From: Camelus dromedarius | Taxonomy: Eukaryota | Direction of reading: 5' to 3' | Assembly: GCF_036321535.1 (NCBI RefSeq) | Contig: NC_087436.1 | Span: forward strand, 37,016,001 to 37,080,000 | DNA: 64,000 nt | Part shown: piece after piece, positions 52,968-64,000 of the stretch | How the letters are laid out: the number at the start of each line of letters is the position of its first letter | How positions within the stretch are numbered: position 1 is the first letter of the stretch | Notes under the pieces: model-generated | Database searches by the model: none | What the model was told of the DNA's origin: nothing | What the model saw: only the letters and a program-made list of their open reading frames with translations | Made by a program: the position numbers and the translations under genes

Positions 52968-53689
52968 AACTATTATATTTTGCCTTGTTTATTCATACAT
53001 GTATTAATTTCTATCTCTAATTTTATATACCAAGTCTTCTTAAAGGAAGATGCCTGTGTTCATCTTAGATTATATTGTTGTGGGAATTAGAGTATTCATG
53101 AAGCTATTTTTACCTGAAACTTCCTCATTGCAGTGTGAAGATATGTAGTTGAAAATAACCGGTGGCAAAGGCGCTTTTCTGTGTTAGTAGTAACTTCCTC
53201 TCCTGCATAAAAGAGAAGTCTACAGATAACATCTCATAATTTTAAGGCTATACGGGGTCTGAAGGATCATCTAGTACAGGGCTTACAAAGTCAAATGGCT
53301 CCAGGGTCCAGGCAGATTATAAATGAATGAAGGTGACCAGTTATGGGACTGCCAGAAGTGATGGGGACCATGGTTCCCTACAAGACACATGACCTATCTA
53401 AAGGGATCCAAATACTGTTAAAACTCTCTGAGAGCAAAATAAAACATGGGCTACTGGTTTGCTCAGGCCCCCCTCACAGTCTCCCTCACCCTAGTCCCTC
53501 CAACTAAGCTCTGATTCTAAGTAAACACGGCGTGCTTGCCAAGCAAACACAGCCTTCCAAGAAGTTCCTCAGTCCCTTTCAGCCAGATTGCTGGTCCCAA
53601 GCTCCTCTTTTATAAATTCCAGAACGTCTACTGAGCAGATTTTATCTTTCAAAACGATCAAAATTCTTGTGACTTTAAAATGTGATCCA

Positions 53690-53850
53690 CTGGCCAGCAG
53701 CAGCATCCAGGGGGTAGTTGAAAATCCAAATTCTCGGGTACTACTCCAGACTTGCTGAATCAGAAACTTTGCAGAAGAGGCCCTGCAATCTGTTTGAACA
53801 ACCTTTTCAGATAATTCATATACACACGAAAGTTGGAGGAGCCCTGATCC
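53690..53850. mobile_element. MER5A-like hAT MITE
   Basis: ccagcagcagcatc...gacttgctgaatcagaaact...gcaatctgtttgaacaa. Confidence 0.65.
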
Positions 53851-54339
53851 AAATCTCATGGAGAAAGAGATACACCCGGTCTTGTCCATCGCTGTGGGTG
53901 CTGGGTCCAAAGTGGAAACAGTCAAATGCTCCCATCCCACTGGCCTGTTTATAGGGTCCTCACGTGGAGGAGGAGAGCCATGCCCCACTTCCCTTCCCAT
54001 CTCTCTGGATTTGTTACTATTTTGCACCCTTAACACCTGCCAATAAAGATCATCTACACTGGGGGAAAAAAAAGCAAAAAAATAAAAGCAAAATATGCTT
54101 GCAGGTGTCATCCACTCCAATTTCCCCAGGGGTACTGCTAACTGAGGGCTTATAGATTTCTGGGTTGAGGGAGAGGCAGGAAAGGAATTAGGGACCTACA
54201 GTGTGCTAGGCAGTGCGATGGGTGCCAGCAAAGTTGTGGCTTCCAAACAATGATTTCCAACTTGCTCTTTACTCATTTTTCAAAAGGATAACTTTCATTT
54301 ACAATCTAAACCTGAGCTATATTTTGACAACATGGATTT

Positions 54340-55600
54340 AAAAAATTTAATAGGCATTTTTAAGAGCACAGCAAATTTGAGTGGAAAATACAGTTTCCCA
54401 TATACCCCGCCTCCCCCGACTGCATACATACAGCTTCCCCCACCATCAATGTCCCCCATCAGTATGCTGTATATTTCTTACAACTGATGAATTTACACTG
54501 ACACATCATTATCACGCAAAGTCCATTGTTTACATTAGGGTTCACTCTTGATGTTGTACATTTTATAGGTTTTGACAAATGTATAATGACATATATCCAC
54601 TATTACTGTATCAGGCAAAATAGTTCTACTGCCCTAAAAATTACCTGTGCTCCACTTAGTCATCCCTCACTCTCCCCTAATCCCTGGCCACAGCTGATCT
54701 TTTTACTGCCTCTTTTTGGCCTTTTCCAGAATGTCATATAATTGGAATCATACAGTATTTTGGTTTTTCAGGTTGGCTTCTTTCACTTAAGAGTATGTAT
54801 GTAAGATTCTTCCATGTCTTTTTGTGACTTGATAGCTCACTTCTTTTTATTACTAAATAATCCATTGTAAAGGTGTAGCATAGTTTGTCTATCCATTCAC
54901 CTGTTGAACGACATCTTAGTTGCTTCTAAGTTATGGCAATTATAAATAAAGCTGCTATAAACATTCATATGCAGATTTTTGTGTGGACATAAGTTTTCAA
55001 CTATTCGGGTAAATACCAAGAAGCACAACTGCTAAATTGTACTATAAGGATGTGTTTGGCTTTTTAAGAAACCTGCCAGATTGCCTTCCCAGGTGTCTGC
55101 ACCATTCTGCATTCCCACCAACAATGGGTGAGAGTTCTTGTTGCTCCACATCTGAACCACCATTTGTTGCTGGTGTTTTGGATTTTGATCATTGTGGAAG
55201 GTTTATTGTGGTATCTCGTTTTAATTTGCAAGACCTTAATGACATAGGATGTTGAACATGCGTTGAGCAAATACATATGCTTATTTGCCATCTGTAAATC
55301 TTTGGTGAGGTATCTATTCAGATATTTTGCCCATTTGTTAGTTTTGCATTTTCTTGTTGTTGAGTCTTAAGAGTTCTTTGCAAATTTTGGATAATAAAAC
55401 TTTATTAGATATGACTTTTGTAATATTTTCTCTCATTCTGTGGCTTGTCTTATTCTATTGACAGTGTCTTTCACAGAGCAGAAGTTTTTAATTCTAATGA
55501 AGTCCAACTTACCAATTCTTCTTTTATGGATTATGTTTTTGATGTTGTATCTAGAAAGTCACCTCCAAACCCAGATCATACAGATTGTCTCCTATGTTCT
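54340..55600 (-). mobile_element. Older LINE-1 3' region (L1M-type), antisense
   Basis: L1 3' UTR and ORF2-end motifs (aataaagctgctataaacattc, ttctgcattcccaccaaca, cacagagcagaagtttttaattct). Confidence 0.8.
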
Positions 55601-55649
55601 TGCATATTGTCTACTTTTTCTATTAAAGCCCTAGCATATTTTTAAAAAT

Positions 55650-55860
55650 TTTCTTATATTATATATATATTTTATTGAAGTATAGCCAGTTTACAATGTT
55701 ATATCAATTTCTGGTGTACAGCACAATGCTTCAGTCATACATAAACATACATATATTCGTTTTCACATTCTTCCTCACCATAATTTACAGGATATTGAAT
55801 ATAGTTCCCTGTGCTAAACAGTATGAACTTCTTGTTTATCTGTTTTATATATATATATCC
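55650..55860 (-). mobile_element. Short younger L1 3'-end insertion
   Basis: ttttattgaagtatag...tttacaatgtt...tttctggtgtacagc; similar to the 60275-60510 copy. Confidence 0.75.
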
Positions 55861-57695
55861 TTGCCATATCTGAGACTGGTTCTGATGTTTGCTCCATCCA
55901 TTCAAACCATATTTTTTGTTTTTTTGTACGCTTTGTAATTTTTTGTTGAAAACCAGGCATCGTGTACTGGATAAAAGTAACTGGGATATGTAGCCATTTT
56001 ATGACATGTTGGTAAGGTGGAGGAGGGGAGACATTTTACAATTCTGTGATTTGGTCTCAGGTTTTTAGTGTGCCAGGGCCCCTGGGCTGTAACCTTTACA
56101 AGTGGTCCTTTGGTGAGACCATAAGGCTAGAGAGATGATGGAGTTGGGTCTTTCTCTTTTCTCAGGTTAGTGAGGCTCTGGTAAAACCCCAAGCTGTTGG
56201 GCTCTGGGGAAACAGCTTCTCTTGGGGGCAGTTCTTGTTAAGAAGAACAGAGTGTTCTGGTCCTATATCAAAATGGCCCCTCCCCTTGCCAGAAGCATGA
56301 AGAGATTTTTTTCCCCCAATCTTCAGTGTGAGAGTCTGGTAGGGTTTCTGGAGGTAAAACTCACAGAAGTGTAGGAGCCACCCTGTGAGAGCCTCCCTCC
56401 TGGAGTTTTTAACTCTCAGCCTGTTTACACTGAGCCTCCTGAAAGTAGCCTATTACATCTTAGGTTTCCTACCACAGGCTGGTTCCTATAGAAGTTTCTA
56501 TATGTGAGTGTCTGCTTTGGAAAACTGCAGTTCTCTGTATCTGCCTGTCTGCCTCTCCACATTTTGTGGCAGGATTTGTCCTGTGACCCTACTTCTGTGA
56601 TGGATCTAAGAAAAGTTATTGGTTTTTAGTTTTTCAGCTTTTTTCTTGTCGTGTGGACAGGAGTGACCACTTCCAAGCTAACTACATTCTGGACCAGAAA
56701 CTAGAAGTCACATGAAGTAAAAACTTAAAATAGTGTTACATGCATGTTTCTTACATTAAAGAATCTATGTGCCAGGCCTTGATTGAAGCACTTATAAGTA
56801 TTTATCCTAATAATTACCCTGTGAGGTAGGTAAAATATAATCTCTGTTTTACAGTTGGAGAAACCCAAGGCACAGTGAAATTGAGTGCTTTGTCCAGGGT
56901 CACACAGCCAGCAAATCACAGAACCAGGATTCATACCCAAGCAGTCTGTCTCAAGAGACTGTGTTCATAACCACTGCACTGAGCTACTTCTTGTAAATGG
57001 AAATCCATTTCTATGCCAAGTGTATGAGCTTCACGTTAACACTGGGCCCATTTATTTCTTTTCTCTGTGAAGATCTTAACTTTCCTCACTTGATTACTTT
57101 GCCACTGACATTTATATAGAAGAGAAAGCTGCTATAATTAGATTATCCAAACTTAATTCTTATGTTTAGACTTTACACACAATTAGAAGTACAACCATGA
57201 AGTAGGGCTCATTAATGCAAAGAGACATGATGAGATCCAACTGTAATCCCAAAGCTTGCATACAGGCAAGAGTGAGATTGGTATCGAGCTTTTATTAACA
57301 AGCAATAGGAGAAGCTGTACGTGCAGAAGTGATGTTGGTTCTTGATTGAGACACTCTCACAGACTTTGTCATTTGTACAACATTCACCACTCTCCTTTAG
57401 CCCCAAAGTACAGGGATGCTGCACCTGTATCATTGACCAACTCTTTATTCAAATGAATGGCTTAGGAGGAAAAGTCTCTGCTGTGTTTCTTGTTTTCAGC
57501 CTGTTTTCCTCTTCCTAAAGTTGCCTAGGAAGAAAGGCTTAGGTTGTTTCAGAAGTGCAGCTTCAGCAGAAGTGGGAAAACACCAGATGTTACTCGTTCT
57601 CCAGTGAGGTCACAGTGGACAGCCAAGGCCAGAAGGTGGTATCACATGGTCTCATCTCTTTAACAAAAATGTGATACTCTGAAATAGTATTTCAG

Positions 57696-58200
57696 TGGTA
57701 GGCAGACTCCAGTTGGCCCCAGTGATCCCTTGCATTCAGGGCCTGTGTAATCCTTTACCTTTCAGTGACTTGCCTTTGACCAATAGAAAATCTCAACATT
57801 GTGGGGATGACACTTCTGTAATTAGGTGGAACGCAGCTTGCATCCTTCATCAGACTCTCCCCCTTACTGGCTTTGATGAAGCAAGTTTCTATGTTGGGGG
57901 GCTCATGTGGTGAGAAGCCAAGGGTTCTTCCAGCCAGCAGCCTTGTGGATATCAAGACCCACAGTCCACATGACAGGTGGAATTGAATACTGCCAACAGT
58001 CACATAAATGAGCTTGGAAACAGATGCTTCCCAAATTAGGCTTTCAGATGAGACCCTAGCCCTAGCCAACATCTTGATTGCAGCCTTTGGAGAGAACCTT
58101 AAGCAGACCCAGCTGAGCTGTGCCTGTATTCCTGACTCACAGAAACTGTGAGATAATAAATATTTGTTTAAGCTACTAAGATGCAACATTAGCTAATGCA
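57696..58200 (+). mobile_element. MaLR LTR (MLT1F-like)
   Basis: tggtaggcagact...cagatgagacc...ttcctgactcacagaaactgtgagataataaat. Confidence 0.8.
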
Positions 58201-58595
58201 ATTTCTACCACAGACTCTTCTCAGGTAAGCACTACATCTGGATTTCACATTTCACTGGCCAATCTTGTTAAGAGTGCAAAGAAAGTCTCCATTTGACATT
58301 TTTTTTTTACAACCTCTGAGTTCATCAAAATACTGCTAAAATATTTTATGAAGAAATATTAGATCTGTTAGATCTGTATCACTGAAGTATGCTTTCTTTT
58401 GGGATCAGGAAATATTTTAATGATCTCTATGAGGTGGCCTGAAAGGAAAGCATAGATTGTATCTCAAGTATCTTGTTTTAGTTAAGCGCTACTGAACTGG
58501 CACTGTAATTTCTACCTTGGCCGATGTAAAATGCAGAGAAAAAATGACTTCTATACGCAAATGGAAAATCCTTGACCAACTTTGCTTTTACTTAA

Positions 58596-58630
58596 AACAC
58601 ACACACTCACACACACACACGCACACACAC
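58596..58630. repeat. (CA)n microsatellite
   Basis: Directly visible interrupted CA repeat. Confidence 0.9.
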
Positions 58631-60274
58631 AAAACTGAGCCTGAAAGTATAATTTGTTGAAAGTCACCAACAAACAAAAATCCATTCAGCATTGGACTTA
58701 TCTGATCTGATAACGTTATCTGAAAAGGCATAATGGAAGCTCTGGTATGAGTACATATATGTAAAAAGAAATAGTATCTGCTTAGAAATGGGGACTGGAA
58801 GGAGAGACTGAAATTAATAGAGATCATATATTACATCTAATCGTGGCATTTTTATTTAATTTTTGTTTCTGATATTACTGATAAAATTAGACTGTATAGT
58901 AAAAATATGTAAGAATTCAGTCATTTATAGAAATATTTTTTGTGAACATACTATGTGCCAGGCTCTATTCTAAGTACTGGGATAAAGTAGTAAACAAAAT
59001 AGAAATAGACAAAACCCCTTGGATCTTATCTTACAGAGACAGGGGGACACTAAAGTAATTAACAAACACACAAATGAAAAGTGCCTGGCACTGACAAATG
59101 AGAGAAAGAAAAGTAAAGCCACACTAGGTGTGGGTGAAGGAGAGTGGCTGGGAGGTCACTGTGCAGACAGCGTCATCAGGAAGATGGCCTCTGTGACAGG
59201 GAGGCGTTAGAGGAAACCTGCAAACGTGGGCAATGAATGATTAAGTCAGCGGACTTCAGTATTCTAAATCACCAAATAGGCTGTGAGGAAGCTCACTGGA
59301 AACAAATAGGGTGACTCTGAGGTTCTTCGGCAAGTACTCAGCACACCTGGACGTGGTTCCATGAAAGGGAGTTTAGTCGATAAAGAGCCCAGGATCCAAC
59401 TATCTGTTTTAAATCCCAGTGCTTCAGCCTGACAGCTGGGTGACCTTGGGCAAGTGTAAACCTCTCTGGAAAAAAAAATGGGGCTGATAATACCCTCTTA
59501 AAGTAGTCATGGGGATAAATAATATGTGAAAAGCACTTAGAACAGGCCTTGGCCCATATTTAGCAATAATAAACTTTAGCTGCGGTTCTTAACTAAGTTT
59601 CCTCTATTACAATATTTACTCTTTATTAAATGAGGTCAACACATGTCACTCTCTAGAGGTATAATAATATGTCTTTTGAAATGTGAAGGTTGTAGCCTTC
59701 AAATTTGCAAACCCAATTTCCTAAGAAGCTTTTCTGGCTTCTAGGAAGTTTCAGAACAGGAGCCCAGAAATAGCTTCCCAAATACCTTAGGTATAAGGTA
59801 CATTGTTAAAACAAAGATATTGAGAAGTGGGTGGATGTCAAGGGTTATTTGAAATGATCTAAGAATGTTACACATTTTTAAAAGTGTAATTTTTATAGAG
59901 GTTCAGGGCATGGGCTTTTGCATCAGCATTGAGTTTAGATCCTGACTTGGGAAACTGGTGTGTTGGAGGCGTCGTCTTCTCCAAAATGGAGTTGTTAACA
60001 GCTGACACTCATATAGCATTTATGATGTGCCAGATACTTTTCTAAGGTGTTGCGTACATTAATTCATTTCATCATCATAGCCTCTTCTCAAGGGAGTTAC
60101 TATTACCATCCCCGTTTTACAGATGATCAACACGAGGCAGAGATCAAGTGATTTTCTCAAGGTTTCTCAGCCATTTAAGTGACAGAGTCAGGATTTGAAT
60201 GGATGCTGAGTGGCTGCAAGTCTGTGCGCTTAAGCCATACACTCCACTGCCTTTTGTGTGTGTGAAATAAGTAT

Positions 60275-60510
60275 TTTATTGAAATACAGTTGTGTCAATT
60301 TCTGGTGTACAGCATAGTGATTCATTTATACATACATATATTCCTTTTCATATTCCTTTTCATTATAGACTATTACAAGGTATTTAATATAGTTCCCTGT
60401 GCTGTTCAGTAGGATCTTGTAACCTATTTTACATATAATGGTATCTGAAAACTTCAAACTCCCAATTTATCCCTCCCCACCTCCTTTCCTCCCTGATAAC
60501 TAATAGTTTC
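60275..60510 (-). mobile_element. Short L1 3'-end insertion
   Basis: tttattgaaatacag...tttctggtgtacagcatagtg...atagttccctgtgct. Confidence 0.75.
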
Positions 60511-62009
60511 TACCTCATAGGTAGAACTGTATTAAGAGGTGATGTATAAGCACTTAGCACAGTGCAAGACACAAAGTAAGTGCTCAAAAAATATTTGAAA
60601 GTCATACTAATTATATCATAGTAAATAGAATACCTGCATACTGGATTAAGACTGAATAGTTTGATTAGTTTTATTTTTCTGTAACTTAAAAAAAAATTCA
60701 ATTAGTTTTACCTTTTTAGGTCCCCTTGTGTATATTATATCAGCTTTGCAAACCCATTAGTCCAATAACTCTGTTTTGATAGGGCATTGGATTACCCAGC
60801 AAAATTTTTTGTACTGTGACCATGCTGGCTTCTGATGGTCACATCTTACATTTCTAAAAGCTCACAGACCATCTGTTTGAGAATCTATTTTAGATTTTGC
60901 TTGCAATCAGTGTCAAGCTTATTATTTACATATTTACCTTTTTCCTGGGTTTTTTTTTTTTTTTTTTTGAATTTGGGGAACTTCTAACTCTATTCAGGAT
61001 GAAAATCTGATTTACATCACTGGTATACTTCATTAGTGATAAAGACTGTTAGAGATCTTCTATGTAATTTCAATTTTTTATTAAAGGAATGGGATAACTA
61101 TATTGTACTCAAAGAGCATTTGAATCATACAACTAGCACTCCTATTTCAAACCCATAACTATATCAAATTGTGGGGCTGATCCAGCATAAAATAAGATTA
61201 CTCATCTGTTAGAGGAAATTTTCCAACAGGAACAGAAAAATTTAGGTAGGATATGAGTCATATAATCTGACATTCTTCTGCTATCTAAATAAATCCTATT
61301 TCTTTTAACTAAACCATATGTTTTAAAGGAGTAAAAAAAAGAAAATGTAGAATTTTTATACATTGAACCCCTTGACAAATTAAAACTTTTTATACATGTG
61401 AATTTCTGAGTTATACTTGGGCTTTGAAAATAGGTCATTTTCTTTGCAGCAAAGCTTTCCAAATGCATGTTTTCCTTAATAATTTCTGATCATCTAAATA
61501 TAGCAAGGAAATTAAGCTATGCATACTTTTGTTTTCTGCCTATAAATAGTATTGCCTAAAGCAAAAGCCAGTAGTAAAGTTCTGAAATATTAAAATGTAT
61601 AGTCCATGACCTCCCTTCTTAAATTTTCCAAAGGTCAACTGAGTTGTTACGAGATGAGCATTAAAATTCATAACTTCAGTTGATGAAGTCATCATTTCAT
61701 TTCTACGATTTGCATTTAAAATGATAGTGAGTGGTTTCCATTGGGGAGTTTCCATACAACAGCTAGAATCAGGGTACCACTGAAATGGATTAAGCTTTGG
61801 TCACTGAACTTTAAGTTGCACCCCACCCCCTGCTCTTTACTCTTTTACTGTTTGGATGAGGGCTGCAGGTGAGTTCCAGTGCAGCTACAAAGGATAGGGT
61901 GGTAAGAGAAAGAAAACAAGATAGAGCAGACTTGGTGGATCCTAGGGGAACATAACCTATTATTTGAGGATTTAAAGCCTGTCAAGTATGTGTATATGAA
62001 AGAAAGATT

Positions 62010-62840
62010 AATGAAATAGACATCGATAGCCTACTAGATCAAGATTTCAAAAAAGGAGTGATCGAATTGCTGAAGGAATTAAAAGAGATAGTGTTTAGAG
62101 ATATAAAATATGTCAAAAATGAAATTGAAGCTATAAAGAAGAGCCAAGTAGAATGGGTAAACTCATTGACAGAGATGAGGAATGATCTAATAGCTGTGCA
62201 AAGCCGACTAGATAATGCAGAGGAACGAATTAGTGATCTAGAAGACAGGACAATAGAAAGCACCCATTCAGAAGAACTACAAGAGAAGCAAATAAAAAAT
62301 AATGAAAATAGCATAAGGGACCTATGGGATAATATAAAGTGTCCCAATCTTCGCATAATAGGGGTCCCAGAAGGAGAAGAAAGATCAAAGGGGATTGAAA
62401 AGGTTTTTGAAGAAATCATGACTGAAAACTTCCCAAACTTAAAGAAGGAATCAGATATCCAAGTACAGGAAGCTCAGAGGGTCCCAAACAGGAAGAACCC
62501 AAATAGACCCACACCAAGGCATATCATAATCAAGATGGCCAGAGTCAAGGATAAAGAAATGATTCTAAAGGCAGCAAGAGAAAAGCAAAGAGTAAGTTAC
62601 AAGGGAACCCCCATAAGGCTCTCAGCTGATTTCTCTACACAAACACTACAGGCCAGAAGGGAGTGGCAAGATATATTCAAATCCCTGAATGAAAAAAAGA
62701 TGCAGCCTAGGATCCTTTATCCAGCAAGGCTATCCTTGAGGATAGAAGGAGAAATAAAGAGTTTCACAGACAAAAAAAAGCTGCAGGAGTTTAGCAACAC
62801 TAAACCCATGCTAAAAGAAATATTGAAAGGGCTATTCTAA
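62010..62840 (+). CDS. LINE-1 ORF1p (coiled coil, RRM, C-terminal domain), N-terminally truncated, native ATG absent
   Basis: Motifs LWDNIK.PNLRIIGVPE, PRHIIIK, ILKAAREK, ARREW, YPARLS. Confidence 0.92.
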   Translation, partial: NEIDIDSLLDQDFKKGVIELLKELKEIVFRDIKYVKNEIEAIKKSQVEWVNSLTEMRNDLIAVQSRLDNAEERISDLEDRTIESTHSEELQEKQIKNNENSIRDLWDNIKCPNLRIIGVPEGEERSKGIEKVFEEIMTENFPNLKKESDIQVQEAQRVPNRKNPNRPTPRHIIIKMARVKDKEMILKAAREKQRVSYKGTPIRLSADFSTQTLQARREWQDIFKSLNEKKMQPRILYPARLSLRIEGEIKSFTDKKKLQEFSNTKPMLKEILKGLF

Positions 62841-63244
62841 ATAGAAAAGCAGCAGGATGCTACAGAAATGAGAAACACACAACTGGAAAGGTGATAAATC
62901 ATGAACTACAAATAAAGTAAACATGAAATTATAAAAGAAGACATACAAATCACTGAGAGTGGGAGAGGGAGGCAGGGAAATATAGAATATTTTTTTCTTT
63001 CTTTTTTAAATTTTTTTAACAGTAGGATGGGTTTGAGATCATGTTACTATCAGTTTAATAGAAACAGTTATAGTAATGGGTTGACAGATTTACAAAAAAG
63101 GGTAACCACAAGCCAAAAATTTACAAAGGAGTCACAAAAATTAAATAAAATCCATGATAATACAAAGGAAAATTACCAAACCACAAAAGGAAGAAGAAAG
63201 GAACAAAGAGGATATACCAATTCAACTGCAAAGATAAGTTCAAA

Positions 63245-64000
63245 ATGGCAGTAAACACACATCTATCATTAATTACTGTAAAAATTAATGGACTAAATGC
63301 TCCAGTCAAAAGACACAGAGTGGCAGACTGGATAATAAAGCAAGAACCTTCAATATGCTGCATACAAGGGACCCACTTTAGGGAGAAGGACACATATAGA
63401 CTGAGAGTGAAAGGATGGAAAAGGATATTCCATGCAAATGGAAAAGCCAAAAAAGCAGGTGTTGCAGTACTGATTTCAGACAAAATAGACTTTAAAGCAA
63501 AGGCCATAAAGAAAGATAAAGAAGGACATTTTATAATGATTAAAGGAGTGATACAAGATGAGGATATTACACTCGTTAATATATATGCACCCAATATAAG
63601 AGCACCTAAGTACATACAAGAATTACTAACAGAGATAAAGGGGGATATTGATGGGAATACAATCATAGTTGGAGATTTTAACACTGCATTAACATCACTA
63701 GACAGATCTTCCAGACAGAAAATAAACAAGGCAACAGAGAAATTAAATACTACAATAGAAAAACTAGATTTGGTGGATATTTTCAGAGCATTACACCCCC
63801 AAAAAATAGGATATACATTCTTTTCAAGTGCACATGGAACATTTTCCAGGATCGATCATGTACTTGGGCACAAAAGAAACCTCAACAATTTTAAGAAGAT
63901 AGAAATTATCTCAAGCGTCTTTACTGACCACAATGCCATGAAACTGGAAATCAACAACAGAGAAACAAAGGAGAAAAAAAGGAAAGCATGGAGATTAAAC
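63245..64000 (+). CDS. LINE-1 ORF2p APE-like endonuclease domain (partial, open to window end)
   Basis: My translation: MAVNTHLSLITVKINGLNAPVKRHR...CCIQGTH...NIYAPN...IVGDFN...FSRIDH...FTDHNAMKLE...WRLN; 252 codons without a stop. Confidence 0.95.
   Translation, partial: MAVNTHLSLITVKINGLNAPVKRHRVADWIIKQEPSICCIQGTHFREKDTYRLRVKGWKRIFHANGKAKKAGVAVLISDKIDFKAKAIKKDKEGHFIMIKGVIQDEDITLVNIYAPNIRAPKYIQELLTEIKGDIDGNTIIVGDFNTALTSLDRSSRQKINKATEKLNTTIEKLDLVDIFRALHPQKIGYTFFSSAHGTFSRIDHVLGHKRNLNNFKKIEIISSVFTDHNAMKLEINNRETKEKKRKAWRLN

Larger units (their letters stand above)
62008..64000 (+). mobile_element. Young 5'-truncated LINE-1 (most of ORF1, 404-nt spacer, start of ORF2), continuing beyond the window
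   Basis: Uninterrupted ORF1 and ORF2 frames; no GC-rich 5' UTR upstream; 5' junction approximate. Confidence 0.95.

Noticed and set aside
53569..54120. 183-aa minus-strand ORF in intergenic sequence
   Set aside because: Runs through a MER5A-like relic, with no domain or promoter support; a BLASTP or PhyloCSF negative would confirm
63121..63729. 202-aa hydrophobic minus-strand ORF (also 62039-62419)
   Set aside because: Antisense shadow of A-rich L1 coding sequence

Overview
Mammalian genomic DNA containing the conserved BBS7-CCNA2-EXOSC9 cluster. A camelid source is inferred from the SINE type. On the + strand are BBS7 coding exons 3-19 (exons 1-2 lie upstream of the window) and the complete CCNA2 gene (8 exons, 431 aa) with its CRE/CCAAT/CDE-CHR promoter. 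On the - strand is the complete EXOSC9 gene (12 exons, 440 aa), converging tail-to-tail with CCNA2. I placed all exon boundaries by hand from splice signals and frame continuity; exon numbers follow the human orthologues as I remember them. The rest is intronic or intergenic sequence rich in transposable elements, ending in a young 5'-truncated LINE-1 with open ORF1 and ORF2. I see no convincing wholly new biological system. The points most worth checking are a U12-type intron in EXOSC9, interleaved CCNA2/EXOSC9 poly(A) signals, an L1 with a 404-nt inter-ORF spacer carrying a splice-acceptor-like motif and an ORF overlapping the ORF2 start, two substituted catalytic residues in that L1 endonuclease, and a possibly lineage-specific uORF in the CCNA2 leader. 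Repeat family names come from my memory of consensus sequences, not from a search.
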